A stretch of DNA of 32,000 nucleotides from an uncultured archaeon (GTDB lineage Archaea > Iainarchaeota > Iainarchaeia > Iainarchaeales > DATDZZ01). Positions 25,280 through 32,000 of the stretch are shown here, in pieces (within the stretch, counting starts at the first letter, position 1; each line of letters starts with the position of its first letter). The notes under the pieces are model-generated. The model was given only the letters and a program-made list of their open reading frames with translations. It was not told the DNA's origin and searched no databases. The stretch covers positions 60,001 to 92,000 of the forward strand of contig CAYJVY010000004.1 of the NCBI GenBank assembly GCA_964373795.1. The letters are read 5' to 3'. Position numbers and translations under genes: made by a program.

Positions 25280-26134
25280 TTGTTTTTAGTTGACTCAATT
25301 CATCATTATATAAATAACTTTAAAGCTGTTGCAGCTTTCCTAATTTTACTTATCTTTGTATTCATTTTCATTCAATTTCCTAATGCTTTTCTTTCAAGCG
25401 GAAATGTTTTCCTTGAATATGGCAATAATCAAACGCCTTTAATTATATTAGCCGTGGAATTTATTTCACTTTTATTGTTTGTTTTATTTTACAGCATTTT
25501 TGTAACAATAATTGTTTTTGGAGTAAGAAAAGAATTAAGCCATGTAAGACTATGGTATTACTTGCAGGAAATGATTCACAAGTTTTCCTTCAAAATATTT
25601 GTTTTATATTTAGCTTTCTTTTTAATTTCATTAATTCTTTCCCTTGCATTAATTTCAAGCAATTTAATTCCTTTCACTCAAGCAATCCTTTTATCAAATA
25701 TGTTAATGTTAGTGCTTTCATTGCTTTTATTGTTTGTTCCGCAAGCAATTGTAGTTGACGAAGAAAACTTAGTTCACTCAATTAAAAACAATTTTGATTT
25801 CATTGTAAAAAATCCTCTTCAAACAATTCTAGTAATCGTTTTATCAATTATCTTAGTTGGAGTAATTCCATTCATTGAAATGTTTTTTGATTCATTTCAA
25901 TTCAGTGGAAGATTTGTATCACTTGTATTAATGCTATTATTTGTAATTCCATTCATTGAAATAGTTAAAACTCATTTCTATATGCTTAGAATTGAATTAG
26001 TTAAATCATCTCATCATGCAAGAAAAATGCATTCAAATTATTCAAAAGAATTTGAACAAGCTTTAAGAGAAAAAGAAGAAAAAATGAAAGACGTTAAACC
26101 AATGATTAAAAACAGAGGAAAAGAAGAAAATTAA
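25280..26134 (+). CDS. Membrane protein of unknown function
   Basis: 284 aa. TTG start preceded by a GGGAGG Shine-Dalgarno, about 6 TM helices and a K/E-rich tail. Confidence 0.5.
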   Translation: MFLVDSIHHYINNFKAVAAFLILLIFVFIFIQFPNAFLSSGNVFLEYGNNQTPLIILAVEFISLLLFVLFYSIFVTIIVFGVRKELSHVRLWYYLQEMIHKFSFKIFVLYLAFFLISLILSLALISSNLIPFTQAILLSNMLMLVLSLLLLFVPQAIVVDEENLVHSIKNNFDFIVKNPLQTILVIVLSIILVGVIPFIEMFFDSFQFSGRFVSLVLMLLFVIPFIEIVKTHFYMLRIELVKSSHHARKMHSNYSKEFEQALREKEEKMKDVKPMIKNRGKEEN

Positions 26135-27771
26135 ATAAATTCTACTTGTTTTGCATTCTTTTTAATTAATTGACTTAAATGATCTTTATTTCTGGTTTTT
26201 AAACTAAACAAGTATTTTCCAACTCCTGTTTTACTTAAATCAATAAAATGATTTGAGCGAAGAGAAAACTTTAAAGACAAATTAAGTTCTGTTTTATTAA
26301 ATTCATTAAATCTCTTTAAACCTCTTGAATCAGTAAAATTAATTAAAAAAGTATTTGAATCAACTTGTTTTGAAACATAATTCAATATTTTGGAAGTAAA
26401 AGAAAGCACCTCTTCATTAATGTATTGGGAAGACAAAAACTCTTTAACAGAGCCAATCAATTGATGAATAGCTATAAAAGAACAAAATTTATTCAAATTA
26501 ATTCCATTTTCTTGGAAAAAAGTTTTCCTCTCCAATAAAGCGTTCTTCAATTCAATTAATTCTTTAATTGATTTAATAAGCAAATCCAGTTTTTCAAACA
26601 AAACAACTTCATTCCCATTTGAATTGAAAACAAGTTTAGGCATATTCAAACCAATTAATGAATTCACTCCTTGAAAGTCTTCAATGAAAAGCTCTTCACT
26701 TAATCCTTGAATATTTGAATTACTGCAATTCAATAAAACTAGGTTTGAATTCAAATGCTTTTGATTTAAGAGTTTCACTTGAAACTCATTTTCAAGTCTA
26801 TAGTTTAACAAAAAATTTCTATCAGATTTTTTAAATTCCTGAATCAATTCATTTACAAACCCAAATCCTAAACCCTTAGATGAATTAAATTCCTCCAATT
26901 CTTCTCCTAAAAATAAATCCAAATTCAAAACAGGTTTTTGCTCTGAACCAAAATAAAAAGCGTCCAAAGAATTAATAATTAAATTTGCTTTTTCCTCGTT
27001 ATGTTTTTTATTCAAAAAAGGAGAGGCAAACAAATTCAATCCAGTAATTGAAGGCTTGATTGAAAAAAATCTTTCAAAAAAAGTTAAATCCTTTAACAAG
27101 GATGAATACATTGAAGCAAAAGACTTTGATTTTTTAGGCGAAATAAAAGAAGTTAAAGGCTTTAAAGAAAAATCCTCTAAAAAAGAAATAAAAATATCTG
27201 AATTAAAATGCAAATCACTTAAATTTTTTGGAATAACTTTAAACAAATTATATTCTACAAGCAAGTCGTTTCCAGAAAAAGGGTTTTTATTTAATTGTTT
27301 TTCAACTTCATATAAAGGCATTCCAACCCTTGTGTACTGCCAATGAATATCTTCTCTTCCATACTGCAATAATTTCACGTCAACTAATTCCCTAATTAAA
27401 GCAGTGTTCAAATAACTTATTTTCAAATCCTTTATTTGCTCTTCAACCTCTGAACCAATTTTTTCAGCTAAAGTCCTAGGAATAGATGTTTCCTTTAACA
27501 AAGAATCAACAATGTTTCCCCTATCAAAGGATTCAATTTCATGCTTTGATGTGTGCACCTGCAATCTATTAAAGCTTGCATAAGTTTCAGCAGCTTTTGG
27601 ATTAAGGTCTTTTAAAACTAAAACAACTTTTTTTCTTAAACGAATCAAATCATTTAAGTCATCTGAATTCAAAGACTTAATTACTTTTAAAATATCCCAT
27701 TCATTTGCTCCTGCTTCCTCACATTCTAAAGCAATTTTTTCAACCAAGGAATTAATTGGTTTTCTATCCAT
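26131..27771 (-). CDS. ATP-cone protein related to the N-terminal part of anaerobic ribonucleotide reductase (NrdD-like, apparently degenerate)
   Basis: 546 aa. ATP-cone-like: ESFDRGNIVDSLLKETSIPRTLAEKIGSEVEEQIKDL..YLNTALIRELVDVKLLQYG. LSDLHFNSDIFISFLEDFS aligns with E. coli NrdD AHERGDIHYHDLDYS (recalled). There is no C-terminal Cys4 cluster or RxxGY glycyl-radical motif. Confidence 0.45.
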   Translation of the reverse strand: MDRKPINSLVEKIALECEEAGANEWDILKVIKSLNSDDLNDLIRLRKKVVLVLKDLNPKAAETYASFNRLQVHTSKHEIESFDRGNIVDSLLKETSIPRTLAEKIGSEVEEQIKDLKISYLNTALIRELVDVKLLQYGREDIHWQYTRVGMPLYEVEKQLNKNPFSGNDLLVEYNLFKVIPKNLSDLHFNSDIFISFLEDFSLKPLTSFISPKKSKSFASMYSSLLKDLTFFERFFSIKPSITGLNLFASPFLNKKHNEEKANLIINSLDAFYFGSEQKPVLNLDLFLGEELEEFNSSKGLGFGFVNELIQEFKKSDRNFLLNYRLENEFQVKLLNQKHLNSNLVLLNCSNSNIQGLSEELFIEDFQGVNSLIGLNMPKLVFNSNGNEVVLFEKLDLLIKSIKELIELKNALLERKTFFQENGINLNKFCSFIAIHQLIGSVKEFLSSQYINEEVLSFTSKILNYVSKQVDSNTFLINFTDSRGLKRFNEFNKTELNLSLKFSLRSNHFIDLSKTGVGKYLFSLKTRNKDHLSQLIKKNAKQVEFI

Positions 27772-27910
27772 AAACAGAGTTAAAGTTAAAAATTCTTAAT
27801 AAGCTAACGCCTAAACAGGTTTTGGTTTTTTGAAAAGCAAACTTTAAATATGTTTTGTGTTTGAATACCTAATATTATTTTTTCCGGGTTTAAAACCAGG
27901 AAGTGAAGCA

Positions 27911-28393
27911 ATGGCTACTGTAACAGATTCATTGGATAAAATTGACTTAAAAATAATTCAATCATTAATTGAGGATGGAAGAGCAAGTTTTTCACAAATT
28001 GCTCGAGAAACAAATTTAACCGATGTAGCAATAAAAAAAAGAGTTGACAGATTGCAAAGAAAAGGAATCATTCAATCCATTACCGCAAACCTAAATTTAA
28101 AAGTATTAGGATATGAAAACCCAATATTTGTTTTAATGCGAACAGAGTTAAGCAAAAACAAAGACGTAATAAAAAAACTTCAAGGCATTGATTACGTAAT
28201 AGAATTATACCAAGTACTAGGAGAATACAATTTATTGGCAAAAATTGTTGTCCCAGATTTAGAAAAAGCAGAAAAATTCATTGAACAATTAGGATTATTA
28301 GACGGCGTGATTGACGCCAAAACCCAAGTAATTCTATCAGAGTTAAAAAAAACCAATTCATTGCCAACTCAAGCCCTGCAAAAAAGCTTGTAA
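27911..28393 (+). CDS. Lrp/AsnC family transcriptional regulator
   Basis: LDKIDLKIIQSLIEDGRASFSQIARETNLTDVAIKKRVDRLQRKGIIQ is the HTH, followed by a RAM/ACT-like C-terminal domain. The ATG at 27911 is preferred over the GTG at 27857 given in the track. Confidence 0.85.
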   Translation: MATVTDSLDKIDLKIIQSLIEDGRASFSQIARETNLTDVAIKKRVDRLQRKGIIQSITANLNLKVLGYENPIFVLMRTELSKNKDVIKKLQGIDYVIELYQVLGEYNLLAKIVVPDLEKAEKFIEQLGLLDGVIDAKTQVILSELKKTNSLPTQALQKSL

Positions 28394-28442
28394 CAGTACA
28401 ACATGAAAAGCATTAAATGCGCGACAAAAAAAATGATTTGAA

Positions 28443-30536
28443 ATGGATTTAATTATTTCTGAAAAAAATATTGCTGGAAAAAGAATTGCTGAAATCTTAG
28501 CTGGAAAAAAAATTGAAACAGAAATTGAAGGAAAATCAAATTCATACAAATTCTCTAAAGAAGGAAAAGAATTCCTTGTAATTCCATTAAAAGGACATAT
28601 TTTGGATGTGGATTTCCCAAAACAATTCAAGCAATGGCTTGGAACCGATTTAAGAAAACTAATTAAATCAGAAATAGAATTCATTGAAACAGAGCCTTCA
28701 ATAGTTTCTCTATTGAAAAAAAAAGCAAAAGACGCTCAAACAGTAATAATTGCAACAGATGCAGACAGAGAAGGAGAAGCAATTGGGGTAGAAGCCCTTC
28801 AAATAATTAAAAAAGTTAATTCAAAAATAAAAATTAAAAGAGCTTATTTTTCTGCAATTACTCCAAAAGACATTTCAAAAGCATTCAATAATTTAACTGA
28901 AGTTGACTACAACTTTGCTGACTCAGCTAATACTCGAAGAGAAATTGATTTAATTTGGGGAGTGGTTCTAACTCGCTTTTTGTCATTAATTTCAGGAAGA
29001 CTAGGAAAAGAATTTATTTCAGCTGGAAGAGTTCAAATGCCTACTCTAGCACTAATAGTAAGCAGGGAAAAAGAACGCTTAGCTTTTGAAATAAAAAAAT
29101 ACTGGGTTTTAGAAGCATTATTTGAAAAAAACAAAAAAGAATTCACAGCAGAACACAAAGAAGGAAGGTTTTGGGAAAAAGAAAAAGCCGAACAAATTTT
29201 AAAGAAAAAAACAAACAAAGGAATTGTAAAAAAAGTTTCTTCAAGCAAAAAAGTTCTAAAAAAACCCTTGCCATTCAATACAACAGGATTTTTAAGATCT
29301 GCTTCAGCTCTAGGATTCAGTGCAGGAGAAGCAATGAATATAGCTGAATCACTTTACATGTCAGGATACACTAGTTATCCTAGAACAGATAACACTGTTT
29401 ACCCTCAAAACCTGGATTTAAAAGAAATACTAAATGCATTAATCTCTGTTCCAGAATTTATTGACGTAATTGAAAAAATTTTTTCATTAGGAGAATTAAA
29501 TCCTTCAAAAGGAACTGAAACAAAAGATCATCCACCAATTCACCCAGTTGCAAGTGCTTTAAAAGAAAAACTTTCATCAAAGGAATGGAAAATATATGAA
29601 TTAATTTGCAGAAGATTTTTCGCTTCACTAGGAGAAGACGCTGAAACACTAAATCAATCAATTGAAATAGAATTAAACAAAGAACCATTTATTGCAAATG
29701 GACAAGTATTACTAAAAGCAGGGTGGAAAGAATTCTATCCATACTCAGTTGTAAAAGAAGTAATTTTACCTGAATTAAAAAAAGGAGAAGAAGTTAACTT
29801 AAAAGATTTAAAAATGGAGGAAAAAGAAACCCAACCTCCAAACAGGTATTCTCAAGGAAAATTAATTCAATTAATGGAAGAGTTAGGAATTGGAACTAAA
29901 TCAACTAGGCACGAAATCTTAAACAAATTATATGCAAGAAAATACATTTCAGGATTAAAATCAATCGAACCAAACAAAATTGCTTTTGCAGTAATTGATT
30001 CATTAGAAAAACATAAAGCTCAAATAAATGAAGCAAAATTAACTGCTGAATTAGAAAAAGAAATGGATAAAATTGCTGCAGCAAAAAAATCAAAAGAAGA
30101 AGTAGTAAACAATTCAAGAGAAATATTGGAAAAAATAATGGAACAATTATTGAAAGAAAAAAACGAAATTGGCTCTGAATTAAGACAAGCAATTCGCGAG
30201 GACTCAATTCTAGTTGAATGCAATAAATGCAAAAAAGGAAATCTAAGAATAATGCATGGAAGAACAGGAAAAAGATTTGTTGGATGCACAAACTATCCTA
30301 AATGCAGCAATTCATTTCCTCTACCTCAAAATGGAAGAATAATTCCGTTAAACAAAATTTGTGATCAATGCCAAAACATAATGATTAAAGTAATAAACAA
30401 ACGCCCATACAACATGTGCATAACCCTTAATTGCCCTTCAAAAGCTGATTGGGGAAAGAAAAAAGAAACCAAAACAGAAGAAGAAAAAACTGAAATTGCA
30501 AAAGAAGAAACAGTGAAAGAAAAAATTGTTAAGTAA
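28443..30536 (+). CDS. topA: Type IA DNA topoisomerase (archaeal topoisomerase I/III-like)
   Basis: 697 aa. TOPRIM: MDLIISEKNIAGKRIA and IIATDADREGEAIG. Active-site Tyr in SGYTSYPRTDN. C-terminal zinc ribbons: CNKCKKG...CTNYPKC and CDQC...C..LNC. Confidence 0.9.
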   Translation: MDLIISEKNIAGKRIAEILAGKKIETEIEGKSNSYKFSKEGKEFLVIPLKGHILDVDFPKQFKQWLGTDLRKLIKSEIEFIETEPSIVSLLKKKAKDAQTVIIATDADREGEAIGVEALQIIKKVNSKIKIKRAYFSAITPKDISKAFNNLTEVDYNFADSANTRREIDLIWGVVLTRFLSLISGRLGKEFISAGRVQMPTLALIVSREKERLAFEIKKYWVLEALFEKNKKEFTAEHKEGRFWEKEKAEQILKKKTNKGIVKKVSSSKKVLKKPLPFNTTGFLRSASALGFSAGEAMNIAESLYMSGYTSYPRTDNTVYPQNLDLKEILNALISVPEFIDVIEKIFSLGELNPSKGTETKDHPPIHPVASALKEKLSSKEWKIYELICRRFFASLGEDAETLNQSIEIELNKEPFIANGQVLLKAGWKEFYPYSVVKEVILPELKKGEEVNLKDLKMEEKETQPPNRYSQGKLIQLMEELGIGTKSTRHEILNKLYARKYISGLKSIEPNKIAFAVIDSLEKHKAQINEAKLTAELEKEMDKIAAAKKSKEEVVNNSREILEKIMEQLLKEKNEIGSELRQAIREDSILVECNKCKKGNLRIMHGRTGKRFVGCTNYPKCSNSFPLPQNGRIIPLNKICDQCQNIMIKVINKRPYNMCITLNCPSKADWGKKKETKTEEEKTEIAKEETVKEKIVK

Positions 30537-31308
30537 ACTTTTGAATTTGTTTCCTTGTTTTTGCTTTTTTCCACATACTAAAAAAATAGTTTCTAAATGA
30601 ATCTGCAATTTCTTGACTTTGAATAAGAAAAGCGTATGGTTTTTCCTTCCAAACAGTCATCAAAACTTTATCTTTATACATGTTTGCAATTGAAGGCGTA
30701 TGCAACTCTCTTTGAATATATCTTACTTCTGTGAGTTTTTCCTCTTCCCTATCCTTTCCTACAGAATCTCTCAAATTCTCATGTATAAGAATTTGGAGTT
30801 TGACTTTTTTTGCAGCTCTTCTAAGCTGAAAACCGCGAATAAACTTTCTAAATTTTTCAGGAGTTTCAGGAAGTTGTGTTACTCCAAGTGCTTGATATGT
30901 TTCGCCAGATTTCAGGCGTTCATAAAAATCATCAAATGCTGTTTTCATTCCTTTCCAGCCTTCAAAAACAGTTGCAGAATGCAATTCTTTCTCTCTATGC
31001 ATTGATAAAAGTTTAGGAATTAATTCTTTTACTTCTTCTTTTTGTTTTTCAATATTTTTTGATTTTTGATTTAAGAAATCAAGTAACCTATTAGGATTAG
31101 AAGCTTCAAAAATTTTTATTTTCTGTTTAATAAAATAACTAACCAAACCTTTTGAAATTAAGGAATTCAAACAAAAATATACAGTTGTTTTCTGCAAATT
31201 TATATCGGAAACAATTTGTCCAACTTTTGACGCTCCTAATTTATGTAATGAAAGGTAAACTTTTATTTCTCCTTCAGTTAAACCAATGTCTTGTAAAACA
31301 GGTTTCAT
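30529..31308 (-). CDS. TrmB family transcriptional regulator
   Basis: MKPVLQDIGLTEGEIKVYLSLHKLGASKVGQIVSDINLQKTTVYFCLNSLISKGLVSY is the TrmB N-terminal wHTH. The ATG at 31308 is preferred to the track start at 31347. The 3' end overlaps topA by 8 nt, convergently. Confidence 0.8.
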   Translation of the reverse strand: MKPVLQDIGLTEGEIKVYLSLHKLGASKVGQIVSDINLQKTTVYFCLNSLISKGLVSYFIKQKIKIFEASNPNRLLDFLNQKSKNIEKQKEEVKELIPKLLSMHREKELHSATVFEGWKGMKTAFDDFYERLKSGETYQALGVTQLPETPEKFRKFIRGFQLRRAAKKVKLQILIHENLRDSVGKDREEEKLTEVRYIQRELHTPSIANMYKDKVLMTVWKEKPYAFLIQSQEIADSFRNYFFSMWKKAKTRKQIQKFT

Positions 31309-31404
31309 ATAGTGAAAAAGAACCAAAAACAATTTATTTATATACATTAGTAGGCTAGTAACTGTACTACTAATTTCTTTAAACTAAAATAACGTAAATT
31401 TGTT

Positions 31405-31752
31405 ATGCTGAACATAATTTCTGCAATTATTTCATTTGATTTAGGATTAATACTAAAAATAATATTTGCAAACAGTTACTGGTTTTTTGCATTTATTTTA
31501 TTTTTTTATTACAGATTTGAAAACAGAAAAATGATTGAATTTATTTTTTCTTTTGCATTAATTTTTGGAATGTTTTTTGTATTTGATTTACTTAAAATAA
31601 ATTTTATTGGAAAAACATTTCCTTTTGAAACCATTGGCGTTATTGCCACTGCTTTGCCAATTTTTCTCCAAAAAACAAGGTTTGAAAAAAGTAGTGGAAA
31701 AATCGTTCTAAGCTTAATAGTTTTTTTAAGCATTTTTTTCAGTTGGTTTTAA
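31405..31752 (+). CDS. Small membrane protein of unknown function
   Basis: 115 aa, 4 hydrophobic helices. Confidence 0.45.
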   Translation: MLNIISAIISFDLGLILKIIFANSYWFFAFILFFYYRFENRKMIEFIFSFALIFGMFFVFDLLKINFIGKTFPFETIGVIATALPIFLQKTRFEKSSGKIVLSLIVFLSIFFSWF

Positions 31753-31791
31753 AAACCAAAAATTTAAATTAAAGTTAACTCTAATTCTAGC

Positions 31792-32000
31792 ATGTGGATT
31801 GCAAAACTCAAAATCACTCATCAAGGTTCATTAACAATTCCTTATGCAAAAAAGCACAACATTACTATTCTTGCTTATCCAATGAATCATTATTTCGAAG
31901 GAAACACAGGATACTTGACAACTGGACACTTTGTTTTAGGCAGAGAAGAAGACAGAATAAATTATTTCAATGATGTAATAAAAAACAAACGAGTACTTGA
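31792..32000 (+). CDS. Hypothetical protein, N-terminal fragment (runs off window)
   Basis: Not in the track. The ATG at 31792 gives MWIAKLKITHQGSLTIPYAKKHNITILAYPMNHYFEGNTGYLTTGHFVLGREEDRINYFNDVIKNKRVL, open to the window end. There is a vague resemblance to N-termini of some archaeal HTH-regulator families. Confidence 0.4.
   Translation, partial: MWIAKLKITHQGSLTIPYAKKHNITILAYPMNHYFEGNTGYLTTGHFVLGREEDRINYFNDVIKNKRVL

Noticed and set aside
27884-27900. Near-palindrome CCGGGTTTAAAACCAGG in the lrp leader as an Lrp autoregulatory site
   Set aside because: It is a single 17-bp imperfect palindrome with one mismatch in AT-rich DNA. That is too weak to call without comparative or binding data.
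29033-30574. Several minus-strand ORFs (76-128 aa) within topA
   Set aside because: All are antisense or out of frame relative to the strongly supported type IA topoisomerase gene. Their L/F-rich artefact translations come from a K/E-rich sense strand.
1-32000. CRISPR arrays, tRNA or rRNA genes
   Set aside because: I scanned the intergenic spacers by eye. I saw no regularly spaced repeats of 24 bp or longer, no cloverleaf-compatible GC-rich segments and no rRNA-like conserved stretches. The only short repeats are those reported at 16902-16924 and 19557-19630.

Overview
AT-rich (roughly 30% GC by eye), tightly packed archaeal DNA. The archaeal call rests on RFC small subunit, ThrRS with an archaeal-type N-terminal editing domain, ApgM, NreA, TrmB and Lrp regulators, class III signal peptides and TTTAAATA-type TATA boxes. 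The K/I/F/N-rich proteome and overlapping genes suggest a small-genome DPANN-like lineage, but that is inference. The largest coherent system is a complete Epd/Tad-like type IV filament locus (about 6.1-13.4 kb, minus strand). It contains a FlaI/TadA-type ATPase, two half-size TadB/TadC-like platform genes, five tandem 57-63 aa mini-pilins (three missing from the ORF track), two larger class III signal-peptide proteins and an A24 prepilin peptidase. A membrane-anchored OB-fold protein and a DUF112 permease follow it co-directionally. The most unexplained region is 16.9-23.0 kb. It is bracketed by two toxin-antitoxin pairs and holds nreA plus six consecutive same-strand genes for basic proteins with no recognisable domains. 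At least three of these are paralogs, and one carries a JAMM-like H-x-H...S-x-x-D motif. Other points are a degenerate NrdD-like ATP-cone protein without a glycyl-radical end, and a PIN toxin gene with no canonical start codon. I found no rRNA, tRNA, CRISPR array, transposase or integrase.
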